A stretch of 64,000 nucleotides of DNA from the human T2T-CHM13v2.0 reference genome, Homo sapiens, in NCBI RefSeq assembly GCF_009914755.1, contig NC_060928.1; one strand, written 5' to 3'. Positions 15,484 to 33,080 of the stretch are shown here, piece by piece (positions within the stretch are counted from its first letter, which is position 1; each line of letters begins with the position of its first letter). The notes beneath the pieces are model-generated. The model had not been told where the DNA came from and searched no databases. It was given only the letters and a program-made list of their open reading frames with translations. Position numbers and translations under genes: made by a program.

Positions 15484-15885
15484 TGTTATGGATTAAATGT
15501 TCCTGTCCCCTCTAAATTCATGTGTTGAATCTCTAATCCCCAATGTGGCCTTATTTGGAGACTGAGCCTTGGAGAGGCAATGTGAATTAGATGAGGCCAT
15601 AAGGGTGGGGAAACCTCATAATGGGATTAGTGCCTTCATAAAAAAAGGCACCAGAGAGCTTGCTTTCTTTCTCTCCATGCCTAGGTACTTTGGAAAGATC
15701 ACATGAACACATAGCAAGAGATCGGCCATTTGTAAGACTAGAAGAGATCTTTCCCCAGAACTGGGCCATGCTGGCGCTCTGATCTTGGACTGCCCAGCCC
15801 TCAGAACTGGAAGAAAATAAATTTCTGCTATTCAAGCCACCAAGTTTGTGTTATTTTGTCAAAGCCACCTAAACTGACTAAAACA
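15484..15885 (+). mobile_element. MaLR solo LTR (MLT1A/MSTC-D-like)
   Basis: TG...CA ends (tgttatggattaaatg / gactaaaaca); AATAAA near 15817; 5-bp TSD ctgac/ctgat. Confidence 0.85.
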
Positions 15886-15902
15886 CTGATATATAAGTTT
15901 AA

Positions 15903-16202
<300 letters not shown>

Positions 16203-16534
16203 ATGAGTTTAACATTTTATTTTGTTTTATTCCACCCTTGTCTCCTCATTTTATAAAAGCTCCTGTTTGGCTTTCTGTTTTATTTTACTTTGATTGAAAT
16301 TTATTTTTTTCTATACTTTCCTTCAAGTTTTTAAAAGTTATTTTATATCCTTTAGTTACCTCTAAATTAATAGCATGTATATATAATTTCTATGCCATCA
16401 TCTAGTCTATTGTCTCAACTTTACACAGAAAACTTTTTCATTTAATGCCTATAATATCTGTTAATGAAGACTCAACAAGAGCCTTAATCATCAATTAAAA
16501 ATAATTTGAAAATATTAGTAATTGAAATATTTAA

Positions 16535-16862
16535 CAGAGCACAGTGGCTCATGTTTTTAGTCACAGCACTTTGGGAGGCCAAGGCAGGAGGTTCACTTGA
16601 GCACAGGAGTTCAAGACCACACTGGGCAACATAACATGACCCCATCTCTACAAAATAAAAAATAAAAAATTAGCCTGACATGGTGGCATACACCTACACT
16701 GCTAGCTACTCGAAAGTCTATGGCAGGAGAATCACTGGAACCCAGGAGTTCAAGGCTGCAGTGAGCTATAATTGCACCATTGCACTCCAGCCTGGGGGAC
16801 ATAATAACACCCTGTCTAAAAAAACTGTAAAAATGTAAAAAAAAAAAAAGAAATAAATAAAA
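16535..16862 (+). mobile_element. AluJ
   Basis: cttgagc.caggagttcaaggctgcagtgagctat J-type features; diverged. Confidence 0.9.
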
Positions 16863-16945
16863 GGTTCTTGGCTCTGTTTTGTGTGTAAATCAGGGTATCA
16901 GTCCAGATGTTTAGAGGAGGATGATATTAATAAATTCAACAATCA

Positions 16946-17240
16946 AGCCAGTATGGTGTCTCACTCCTGTAATCCCAGCACTTTGGGAGGCCAAGGTGGG
17001 CAGATCACTTGAGCCCAGGAGTTTGAGAACAGTCTGGCCAACATGGTGAAATCCCATCTTTACAAAAAATACAAAAATTAGCCAGGCTTCGTGGTGTGCA
17101 CCTATAGTCTCAGCTATTCAGGAGGCTGAAGAGGAAGAATCACCTGAGCCTGGGAAATGAAGGCTGCAGTGAGCTGTGATGATGCCACTGGACTTCGGCC
17201 TGGACAACTGGAGTAAGATCTGTCTCAAAAAAAAAAAAAT
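16946..17240 (+). mobile_element. AluJ
   Basis: Diverged dimer with A-tail and J-type features. Confidence 0.9.
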
Positions 17241-18319
17241 CAATCAAAATATTATTTATGGTTACACTGTCACTTTTTGTTAAAGGACATTTCCTCATAT
17301 TTTAAAAAATTATCTGTTCCCATAAGTAAATTGCAATACAGTTTAAATTTTAGCAGAGATATTTGAATTTTATAATGTTAAAAATATTCAGTTACCTTAT
17401 AATATATGATCTTTTTAAAGTTAAAGCAGTATCCTAAAGAATGAGCAGAATTTGTTCATTTCTGGGTCAGATATTTATCACTATTTTGTTCAATGTAGCT
17501 ATACATAAGATTTCTACTTTTATTCAATCTCCAAATAAGCTAATTGTTGAGGGAAACATTTTTATCTTATTTTAATTTTTAAAAAAATCTCCTCCATATT
17601 CCACAAACATCGACTTTCATTGCTGAATAAAGAAATGTATTGCAATGGGTTCAGCTATTCTTTAAGCAAGGTTGTGTGACCTTACAACTTCATCGTAAGT
17701 AGAAATTTCTCTCACTTTCAGAAGCATATCAATAGCATATTTAAAAAATATACCTGCCACTTTGTTGAATTGCCTACATGTGACCCTACACATTGAATAA
17801 TTAAAACTGGAGTGAAAAAACAATTTTTTGAGACTCAACTGTTTGATGGTTTTGTTACAAAATTTAAAAACAGCCTTATAAGAAGTAATGTGAAATAAAA
17901 CAAATGTAAGATAAGAAAAAGACAGATTTTTCAAAGACCTGGAAGAACAGATGTACAATCAGCATCACCCTGTGAGTGGCAATGCTCAAGAGGTACAGGA
18001 AGTAGGTTTCTCCATCCCCTATTGCTCTTGTGAGAACACATTACTGAATACACTCTACAGAGATCTGGCAACTTAGTAATCCATGCAAAGCCCTTTTGGG
18101 GAAACTAGGAAAGCAGAATAATAATAGAGGAAGTAGTAGTACCTGGGTAATAACTACAATCTCTGCTTCAAAGGATAAATGCCTTCAATTAGAGAACTGT
18201 GCATATTTTATCAAGACCTCTCTACCTGTACATGCAGGTAGGCATAATGCTGTTTTGGAGAGCTATTTCCAAAAGAATGGTGCATGACGATTAAGGCCAA
18301 CTTTGTGTTGTCTTTTATT

Positions 18320-18760
18320 CTTTTGGTACATCAAGGCTCCACTGGGCTCAAAGATGAGCTAGACTAAGCTAAAGATTCTGCATTGGATTTCCATTCACTC
18401 CACTGATCTGCTGATTCTCTTACAGCCATGGCTACCTGGAGCATATTCTTCTCAAAGTAGATGGCAAAATGGCAAGAGTGAAAGCCAAAAATATGAGTAC
18501 ATTCAATGTCTCTACTCATAATTTCTGCTAATATTGTATTGGCTAAAGCAAATCTCAAGGCAACATCCAAACTCAATGAGCAGCAGAATTTACTCTTCAG
18601 ACAGGGGCAGTCATAGCAAGGTTTACAAAGAGGAAAACATGTAAGCAAACAATATAACTCTGCCTGATCTCTTGGTCATAATTATTAATTTCCCTTCCAT
18701 TTGCAAAATGCATTTACTTCTCCAAGTCACCAGAAAATCTTATCCCACCATGGCAATGCC
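18320..18760 (-). mobile_element. Old MaLR LTR/internal fragment (MLT1-type)
   Basis: cattcttctca..gatggcaaaatggcaagag, cattggctaaagcaa motifs typical of antisense MLT1. Confidence 0.45.
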
Positions 18761-19502
18761 CATTTAGAGAGGTGTTGTAAGAATGACATATAATAAATGC
18801 TATAAAGTAACTAGTATACATCTTTGGATATAGGAGTTGCATTCTGTAGCTATTAATATTAATCCTAACAATGATACCAATGACATTTAATTTTATTGTA
18901 ATGTTAATACAGTTAAATACCATTCTATATTTTTAGGTAAAATATTATCACTGTGGTATGTTAGGGAATATTTGAGTTAGATGTTTTAATATTCCAATAA
19001 TATACTCATATGTTAATCACAAGCACATTAACTCCTGAAGGAAGAAAACAGAATTGAATCAAATGAGTTAGACAGATGTCTTAAGACTTAACCTTCAAAT
19101 GGAATTGATTTCAATGGAATGCAAAATCCCTGCAAATGCAGAATCAACTGTAAAATGAATCCGACCTGTGTAACGGACCCCAGAGGTATAATAAACACAT
19201 AAAAATCATCCTAACATAAATAGATTTACACATATTCAAGTTGAAAGGTAATTTACTTTTTGAATTAACAAACCTGATACAAATCTGATTTGTTCTATTT
19301 GGAATGAATATGGAATACATCAAGCACAATAAATAGCAAACAACTGGTAATATTCCCCCAGTTTTAAAAAGTTTTCACTAAAACTAAATTCATGCAATAA
19401 TTGCAAATGCTATTTTATCCTTTGCTTGTGTCCTAATCAGCTAGCTTTCAAGTGATTAAAATTATTTCTTTTTTTCCCCTTTCTTTTCTTTTTTTTTCCC
19501 AG

Positions 19503-19565
19503 CTGCCAGATGGGAATGTGTGCATTGGCCTCCACCACATCATCAGCATCTCTGTTTAAATTCTG
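19503..19565 (+). other. Candidate 63-nt exon of an unidentified transcript
   Basis: About 35-nt pure pyrimidine tract ending CCCAG (19502); donor CTG|GTGAGC at 19566. Confidence 0.35.
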
Positions 19566-19628
19566 GTGAGCTCTGAGTGCTCCATTACCCATTGCATTCT
19601 GCCCCATTTGATCCAGGCGCATTTGCCA

Positions 19629-19814
19629 CTTTGATGCCTTCAGAGTACAAACAAGGTGCACTAATCAAAGCTTCCCTGTTCCATTCTGAGAGAACCTCTC
19701 ATCATTGCCATGGTTTCAAATCTGGTGCATAACATTACTACTTCATTTTGCTCCCTTTGATTCTATCAGTCTGACACTTTGATCCCTGCATTGCACTAAC
19801 TGGACTCATCAAAG
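19629..19814. promoter_or_regulatory. Candidate Wnt/beta-catenin-responsive enhancer (TCF/LEF site cluster)
   Basis: CTTTGAT at 19629, 19755, 19777 and ATCAAAG at 19664, 19808 in apparently non-repeat DNA. Confidence 0.6.
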
Positions 19815-20636
19815 CTTTCACACTTTTGTTTTTGACAGTCAGTGACAAAGATTCCAGCAGGATGAGAGACTTTTACTTTCCCTGTTTTGTTTCTGTTGAA
19901 TTTTCAGTTATCAACTGTTTCCTATTTATTCTGGTTCTAGAATGTGTTCTTTAATTTTATTGGTGTTATATTTAAAAATGTATATTTATTTTTAACTAAG
20001 GCTTGCCAAAAGCAATTAAATATATCCATACCAGAGTTGTATATCTCAGAATTATTTAATGTACCATGGGTGTTTAAGCAATGACTCTAAAATTCCAATA
20101 GCTTAATGGAAACAATTAGTGTGGTGTGTAAAGCAACAGCACTGATATAAACCAGAGTATGTTAGAGTTCCATCTTAGGGCAATAGACTTCATCTAATGA
20201 CTTTATCAGAAAATGCTTTTTGTCTTACCGTTATATAGTTAAGAAGACTTCTGCATGTGTTTTAAATATATCTACTGTCCAGGTGAAAATGAAAAAACAA
20301 TGCTCATGATTAGGTTGTCTTTCTTCAATTTTCTGCATAAACGTTTATTTATTTCAGGCCTAGAAATCTTGATGATGTGTTTTCCTGCACAGCTTTTTCA
20401 TGACCACTATCAAATCATAATTGTCCAGTGATCTATTTGACTGATGAAATAGAGTAGAAATAAATATTCTAGGAATCACAGAAGAACATCAGGGATTCTA
20501 TTTTCGTAAGTCCTCTAATTGTACTTCCTCAATTCTGAGGGAATTATGAAGGGAACTTTTATGTCAATGGATAGGTTTCTAAGGCCTCAAGGTTGATGGT
20601 TGGTGGTAAAAGTTGGAGCCCTGGAGAGGGGCTGTG

Positions 20637-20720
20637 TCAGGCTGTCTATAAGAGAAAGAAAGAATGTCTTCAGTGAATCAGGCTGTCTATAAGAGAAAGA
20701 AAGAATGTCTTCAGTGAATC
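20637..20720. repeat. Perfect 41-bp tandem duplication
   Basis: tcaggctgtctataagagaaagaaagaatgtcttcagtgaa twice (20637-20677, 20678-20718) plus tc. Confidence 0.97.
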
Positions 20721-21194
20721 TGTTACTGACAAGACTGCTCTATACTATTATTTTTGTATGAGTGGTAGAAATGAACAATTAAGTTACTATTTTTAACCAT
20801 TTAGGACTCTATGGATATGAGAAACAAAATGATTATGAGGTAGCCATTATCAAGAAGCATAGCGATGTGGATAGTCTTAATCTCTTGAGATTTTTAGACA
20901 CTAAAGAAACCACTAAACCAGTAGAAAAATAGGAAAGTTCCCACTTTGTATTCAAAGAGGTAAAAAAGTCTGTGATAAAAGTTGTAATACACTCTCCTGA
21001 AGTACTCGCTTATTTTTATCTTTGTGTCTCTTGGTGGTTAGGTACTCCCTTGAAACTTCATAAATGGGTGTCACCCATGGGACCCTCATGCTCCATGATA
21101 GACAAAGCCTACTGATGACACTTTAATAATACAACCTTCTCTCAGCAAACTGAAACATATTGTAGAAGAAATAATTTGTCCTTGTCTTCAATAA

Positions 21195-21609
<415 letters not shown>

Positions 21610-22719
21610 CATAAAGTAGTGAATTTAAGCAAGATTTCAAAGTTCATTTCGGACATGTTGCCACACTTAGAGGAAAAGAAGAACAGTTACTACAAAAAGT
21701 GTCTAACAGTTTTCTCTATCGATCTGAGGGAGGTAAGGTGTAGTTCAAGTTTCTTGACAAAGGCAATGTAAATATTGACTCGCTATCTTTGTTAATATGA
21801 CTTGGATTTTTCATTCATATTAATTCAGTAAATAAAAATTGTTGGCATTTACATTCTGATTTATAACAAGATGAATAAAATTTTTATAGAATTAGTTTTA
21901 ATTACTTTCATATAATAATTTCTTTCACATTCTTTAGTTCCTGATTTTGATTTTTCTGTCAAGTGGATTGAAAAATATTCACATTATATATATTTTTTAA
22001 GAAGAATCCCTTTAGTTGTGTTTTTCCAGAAACTTTGAATAGCTAAGAAAACTTTTCTAACATTACTAATGAATGAAAACTTGACAGGTCATAGTATTTT
22101 CAAACAAAAAAAATTCACATCACACACTTTGTAGACATTGCCTCATAAATTTCAAATTTATTTGTGAAGAAACTTATGGGGCCCTATAGACATTTATTCA
22201 GTTCTTACTGAAATTGATTTTTTTCCTTATTTATATTTCTTATAATGAACATCTCCAACATGATGTCTCTGAGCTCATTATCTTTCATATTTTTTCTCTT
22301 AGACTTTCGTAAAAATTTTTATTTTCATATATAATCTCCTTTTCAGCTTAGATCTATTCTTTTCTATTATATTCAATACCAGAATTTGGTCTAATACATA
22401 GTAAGCAAAACAGCACTTATAACATGCCTTGACTTTAATAGTTGCTCAATATGCATGTAACCAAATGAATAAATGAAAGAGAAAGATATTTAAAAGAACC
22501 AGAAGTGAGGGAACAGAACAAGTTGAGCTCATATTTGTGTACTTCTTTAAATCTAATTGGTCATATTTTTATAAATTTGACAATCACTGTAAAAGCCTAG
22601 AAATAATTCACCAAATATTAATAATGAAATGACTGTCAGTGACTAGTCATGATAATGAAGTCATGAACATAAACCTGCTCTCAAGATTCAGGTATGAGTA
22701 TAGTGTTGGCAGTCAGTGA

Positions 22720-23078
<359 letters not shown>

Positions 23079-23159
23079 CCAGAGGGAAACAAATAAATAT
23101 ATTAACGAATTAGCAACAAAGACTGTATCAAACTTGCTTTCTTTAGAGGTAAGTGATTG

Positions 23160-23270
23160 ACAATAATTATAATAGCTAATTATTAGTGACATACTATGTG
23201 CTAGGTGGTTTACTAAATATTTTTCATACATTAACTCATCCTCTATTGTATCTTTAATCATCATAATCTT
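23160..23270 (-). mobile_element. MIR fragment
   Basis: tactatgtgctagg...cattaactcat MIR 3' wording. Confidence 0.55.
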
Positions 23271-23504
23271 TTTCCATATGATCTGTCTACAGTCATCTCA
23301 TTCTTTCAACTTTTTTCGTCCTATTTTTTAAATCTTCTTTTTTGTTTGTTTGATAACTGCTGCTGTATTTTCTTGCATTTTTAAACTTCCCCCTTTCTGA
23401 AGATTACATGGCTATGTAATAGACAAGTTTCAGAGTTATGCTCTTCCTTTTCTTCTGAAATTTTAAATTATTTCAAAAAACTTATTCTGGGCCTATAGAA
23501 TAGT

Positions 23505-23665
23505 ACCTAAGAAAGAGTGTGGGCTCTGGAGACAGACTGCATGGCTTAGAATCCTGCCTTAATTACTTTATACCTGTGTGAATTTTAGCAATTTACATAA
23601 CTTCTCTGGGCTTTAACTTTTTCATCTATCTATTAATTAGTACTTTCTGCATAGTGTGGTAAAAA
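23505..23665 (+). mobile_element. MIR
   Basis: gggctctggagacagactgc..gaatcctgcc..ctgtgtga..cataacttctctgggc MIR core. Confidence 0.75.
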
Positions 23666-25174
23666 AATGTAAGGATATACTATGGCAATTCTATTTCTTT
23701 TTTATTTTATGCCATTCATTTTGAGCTGCCCCTTCTCTAAATACATACTAAAATTGTTAAATTGGTAAAAGGAGCAAAGCTATACTGATTGCCTCACAAT
23801 CATTGTGAAATGTTGAAGCAGATGCCCAATCCAGAGATTAGTTTTTATTTCATAATGTGAGAATTGACTATTTTAAATGATAGAGCATTGAAAATTGTTC
23901 TTGATTCTTCTCTATCTGCCTCATTGTTACTGACATATTCTCTCAAGCTATAGTATGAGATCCGCCTGTAATGAAGTTTCATGGAGATAAATCCAGGCAT
24001 CACTTCCCCCATAGTTTTAGGTAAATAAGTGGGAATCTAGAATAGACTCAACATTAAGTCCCAAATGTCAAACTTTACATTTTTTACATATACTTCAGGA
24101 AAACATTCAAAACTTTGTTACAGTTTGCCAATAAAATAATTTATTTATCTTATATTCCTAAATATCTGATTAAAATTTAATTTGCTCTAGAAGCTTTTAG
24201 CATGCCTCCCAACCCCATCCTCAAGATGGTATTATGCATTTTCGTTATAATTTATATTGCCTTTAATTTATGCATTTTCATTATAATTTACTATTTATAA
24301 TTTATAACTTTTTGTAATGGTTATGAGGAACATTGAAATATTAAAAGGAGGTTATTTGTACTCTTGATTATATAAATGCCAAATGGCTATTGCGTTGCTT
24401 TCACCATATATATACAAAATAGTGAAAAACAAAATGTCACTTCTGAAGTTAAAATAATACATCACATCTCTTTTAATATCATAAATCCATCAATTGAATA
24501 CAATCAAATCAAAACATTCAAAATTGGCCAAGATGTGTAAAGATCTGAGTAAGACACTTACAAACAATATGCATTTTGTTATATTCTCAGAAGAGATACC
24601 AAAGCCTCTTGTCCAAACCTAGATGTAGATATACCTTTGCTTTTTTTTGAGATTGTTTATTTAAACACTTACAAAGCATTATAATGGAATTTAAATAAAT
24701 CTCAAATATATTTGACTGAACAAATGCTTATTAATCTATCATGCATCACTCAGGAGCACATTGGTATATGCCACTTCTTTTATAATGTACTTATGACTTT
24801 GCATGGGATTTTAACAGCCATTTGAATACATGCCATTCATATGAAGAATTTTAAAGAAAACAGTTAAATAGATATTTGAAAGTCTAGCTCAAAATATTGT
24901 TTTTCACCTGAAAATGAGAGAAATAATTTTAGACATTGCTATACCATTAATATTTTGGAATAAAATGACAAATTGATTCATTAAAAATTTCATGTGTGTT
25001 TATTTTAGATAGATCCTTTTACTAATTATTTGGTAAAATAATTTAGTCAATTATTTGGTAAAAGTATTTTAGTCAAATAAATTGGTTTTAACATTTTTGT
25101 AAATAATTAAAATTATTGCTTTCATTATAGCAGTAACTAGACCTCAGCTCAAAAAACAGTCAGTTTCTTATTTA

Positions 25175-25218
25175 TACACACACACACGCACACACACACA
25201 CACACACACAAACACACA
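25175..25218. repeat. (CA)n microsatellite, interrupted
   Basis: Direct reading. Confidence 0.9.
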
Positions 25219-27189
25219 GTTTAGTTGGTAGGAGGGTACTTTGGCAGACTTTCAGAGGGATAAGATGAAAAACTAAAGAAACTGCACCTTTCTTCTCTCT
25301 GATTTTGTATTTCTTGCATTTATGATATTAACATTATGTGAACACCAGTGCTTTCTTTTTTCAGCAAAGCATAAATCTAGATACCTCCTGAATCTATAAG
25401 GAACAGAGAATCATCAGCTTTGAAGTAATGAGTTCACAAAAAATTCAAAAATAATTTCAAAGATACTATATGACATATCTCATAGGGTGAAGAATGCTTT
25501 CAATAAAATCGCAGATTTGGAATTCTTTTTTAAAGCAATGGTAGAGAGGTTACTCCTTTCAAAACAGTGATTAGGAGGTTTATGATTTTGCTAGAAAATA
25601 CCTAGTTGTTGTCTGACAATAAATACTTTTTGAATAAAAATGAGGTAAATATTTTGCAAGACTGCATAGATTTAAAAACTCATTTTAAAGTTTTCAAAAG
25701 TTTTTATTGTGAAATGTACATACTAAAATGCGTGCACAGAGTTTAAAGAATAATAATAAGATGTATACCCTTCGACATATTATTAGACTCAGATAAAATA
25801 TTTCTAGTCCTATAGGAATCCCAAGTGTGCTGTGCAATAGCTACAGAGCTTTCTCTTTACCCCTGAGGTTACCACTCTCCTGCCTTTTGTGCTGTGCTCT
25901 TGCTTTAACTAGTGATATTTACCTATCTGTGTTCGTAAGTATGCATAACCTAGTTTTGCTTGTTTTGAAATTTACATAAAAGAACTATACTAAATAATCT
26001 ATCTGTGATTTTAGTTTTTTTAAATCAATATCATGATTAGGATATTAAATCAAGTGAATGAATATAGCAGTATTCCTTTTGATTAGAGTGAAATATTCCA
26101 CGATGTGCAAGCAAGATTTAACCCATACTATTGTTAGAAATCCTAAAGGTTGATTGTTGTTTTTTGAAATCCAGAAGAATGTTCTGAGGAATATTCTTGT
26201 ATATGTCTCTTGATGCTGTGGCATAGAATTGCTACATCATGTTTTATTAACTTCAGTAGAAATATTAATTTATTTTCTAAAATTGTGCTAGTTTAAACTA
26301 TCACATTCTGGAATTCTTACATCATCTCTTTACACATCTTGACAAGACCTTGTGTGGCTTTACATTTTTGTAAATCTGAGGGGTATAAAATTACATATTA
26401 TTGTGGGTTTAATGTATATTTCCTGGTTGTCAGTGAGGTAAGTGGTAATGTACATGTTTATGTGCCATTTGTATGTCCTCCTTTGCAAAATGTCTATTTA
26501 TGTTTATTTTTGCCAACTTTTCACCTTTTCTGTTTTATAATTAAACTATATTTTAATCTGTTTATTATCTATAATAACTTTTTGCTAATTGTGTGTTGTA
26601 TGTATTCCCTGCTCAGCATTTTTACTCACCTTATGGTGTTTTTTAATGAACAAATATATTGTTCAAAATTTTAATGTAATAGAATAAAACAATCTTTTGC
26701 ATTAGAAAATAATTTTTTTCTCTCTTTCAAAATCCTTACTAATTTTTTTTACCTTTACTTTCTTTTACTTCTTTGGCTAACACCTCAAGTAAAATGCTGA
26801 CTAGAAAATGGATATACTTCTCTTGGTTCTGATGTTAAAATATAGTAAATACATTAATATTTTACCATTTAATATAATGCTTGCTGTAAGATTTTTATAA
26901 GTGCATCTGTTAATTTAATAGTTGTATTAGCAGTTTGAAGTTTTCACCTAGAAGAAGTTGAATTTTATTAGATACTTCTGAATAAATTGAGATTATCATT
27001 TTTTCCTTTATAGATTGTTTTACATGGTAAATAATATGAGTTAGTTATGTAATGTGGAATACCCATTCCTGTAATTATGATGCAGTATTCTTTGTATACA
27101 ATTATTCTTCTTCACTGTTATATTTAGCAGGATTACATCTGTCTACATTTGTGAAATTTCTTGCATTATTTGTTTGTATTCTTCTTTTA

Positions 27190-27716
27190 TGTTTCACATG
27201 TTAGCTGTTACTGTGAAATAAATTATCCCATAATAAGTGATTTGCAACAGGAAGTATTTACTACCTTAGAGTTTCTGAGAGTCAGGAAACTGGGTGCAGT
27301 TTAGTTGGGTGCCTCTCACGCAAGGGTCCATTTGTAGCTTGACTTGGAGATGATCTCCTAACAAGTTCACTCCATTGATTGTTGGCAAGATTCAGATTTT
27401 CAGGGTCTGTTGGACTGAGGCCCTCAGTTGTTCAGTGTCATGTAATTGATGAATCCTCTCAGTTCTTTGCCAAACATGACACATGTCACAACATGGCAAC
27501 TGACTTTCCAACAGATCCATGAGCAAGAGAGTGAGAGAGGGTGAGTGAAATAGAAACCTTGGTTAACCTAATCTCACAAATGACATCTCATTGCTTTTGC
27601 TATATTCTTTGTTAGATGCAAATTGCTATGTCTGGCCCACATTCAAGGAGGGATAATTATACAAGGGTATAAATACTATGGGATAACTAGAAGCTATCTT
27701 GGAGCTGCCTACCACA
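27190..27716 (-). mobile_element. MaLR LTR (MLT1E/F-like)
   Basis: gtcaggaa..gggtgcagtttagttggg, ttggactgaggccctcagtt motifs; ends gcctaccaca. Confidence 0.7.
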
Positions 27717-28340
27717 GTGATATATTTCATTTTATAAATACATGTTATATAAAAACACATATTTCAGCTTATGTATTTACATATTTTTATTTTCTTTATA
27801 AAATTATTTGTCTCATTTTAAAATTTATGTGATCAAGAATTGTCTGATTCATTACATTTCTTAAAGACAAATGGAGCTCTGTGTTGCTACACTGAATGTT
27901 TGTATTTAACTTTTTCTTTTTACTTTCCTTAGTTCCTTTCTTGTTACTTTTTCATTTAGCTTGTGTTTACAACTTCTTATCTTCTTTTATTTTCATATGT
28001 AGTTTTAAGACTATGTATTTCCCTCTAAATGATGCTTTAATCATATCCCACAAATTTCAACATGTAATATTTTTAATTGTCAATCAGTTCTTAGAATTTT
28101 CTAACTTTCATCAGGATTTCTTTTTATTTATGTTTCTAGAAGTATAATTTTAAATTTCTGAATATGAAAGTATTTTTCTAAGTAACTATCATATTTTTAA
28201 CTTAGTTGCACTGGTTTGTGTTCTGAATAAATTGTGTTTGTGTTCTGAATAAAGTCAAACAATAAATTATTTAATGTACCATTTGGGATTAGGATATTGA
28301 CAATCAATTTTTGCTTGGTGTCAGTTTGGGACAAATAGGT

Positions 28341-28766
28341 TGTCTTAGTCCATTTGCATTGTTATCAAGGAATACTTGAGGCTGAACAATTAATAAAGGA
28401 AAGAGATTTATTTGGCTTATGGTTCTGCAAGCTGTACAAAAAGCATGGTGCTGGCATCTGCTCAGCTTCTCATGAGATCCTCAGCGTACTTCCTCATGGC
28501 AGAATGCAAGGGGAGCCGGCGTGTGTAGAAATCACATCATATGGGAGGAAATAAGAGAGAGGAGGATATGCCAGACTGTTTTTAACAACCAGCTCTTGTG
28601 AGAACCAACAGAGCAAGAACTGACCCATTACTGTGAGGATGGCATCAAGCATCTCATGGGGGATCCACCACCATGACCCAAACATCTTCCATTAGACTCT
28701 CACCTTCAACATTGGGAAACAAATTTCAACATGGGGTTTGTGGGGACAAATATCCAAACTATAGCA
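28341..28766 (-). mobile_element. MSTB-type MaLR solo LTR
   Basis: tgtcttagtcc...atccaaactatagca termini; flanks share taggt. Confidence 0.88.
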
Positions 28767-28924
28767 TATAGGTATTCTCCATTTATTGGACCTAATGTTT
28801 TTTATATGTTTATTAGATCCAGTTCAGAATAATATTCAAATTTATCATATTACTTTTTTCTGTTGTATCCTTGAACTATAAGTTATTGAAAGAGGAGTAC
28901 TGATATTTATAATGGCATCTTAGT

Positions 28925-29078
28925 CATCGGACTCCAAGTTCTTCCGTTTTGAGACTCGGACTGGATCTCCTTGCTCCTCAAGCTTGCAGACAGCCTATTG
29001 TGGGACCTTGTGGCCATGTAAGTTAATACTTAATAAACTCACCTATTTCTGTCTCTCTAGAGAACCCTGACTAATACA
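28925..29078 (+). mobile_element. MLT2 (ERV-L) LTR 3' fragment
   Basis: cttgcagacagcctattgtgggacctt...ctctagagaaccctgactaataca. Confidence 0.85.
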
Positions 29079-29084
29079 GTTATC

Positions 29085-32590
<3,506 letters not shown>

Positions 32591-32591
32591 G

Positions 32592-33080
32592 GTGTCAAAG
32601 TAGTCAATTAAAGCAACAAGCAAAAATGAAAGTTAACAGTCAAAGCTTTAATCAATTACATCAATAATATAAGCAAGAGGCTAAGCCAGAGAAAGTGCTT
32701 CCCCTGTTTTATTTTCCCCCATGAAACAATGTACTGGTTCAAGGTCAGGCAGATCAGCACAGATGTAGGGGTCCCCAAATACTCTTTAAAAACAGCAATG
32801 TAAGGAGCAGATACTAAGAAATCACAAGATCAAAGGCTAAGTGGCAGTAGGGATCCAGAGAGGTAAAGGTAATCATAAGAGCTCTTCTACCCTGAGAGAG
32901 TTTGTTAATATCTAGAACCCAAGCTTTGTTTACATGGCCTTGTAGGGCACGTGGGCAGAAACAAAAGCCATTATTCATCTGAGAGAGAGTCTACAGGTAG
33001 AAACTTTCTCTCAATAACTGGTGCACAAAGTTCTATATCTACATTTTAGGTGTGAACCAGAAAGAAGCCCATCGACACCA
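32592..33080 (-). mobile_element. Probable 5' LTR of the ERV-L-like element
   Basis: ATTAAA polyA-like signal on the minus strand near 32645-32653; PBS-like TGGTAGCC just downstream; right edge uncertain. Confidence 0.45.

Larger units (their letters stand above)
25700..28900 (-). mobile_element. Ancient antisense L1ME-type fragments, interrupted by MaLR LTRs
   Basis: T-skewed degraded L1 3'UTR/ORF2 wording; boundaries approximate. Confidence 0.55.

Noticed and set aside
17640-18300. Unique-looking stretch with 98- and 63-aa ORFs
   Set aside because: No recognisable protein, splice structure or motif cluster
20637-20720. CRISPR-like direct repeat
   Set aside because: Two abutting copies with no spacer, in eukaryotic DNA
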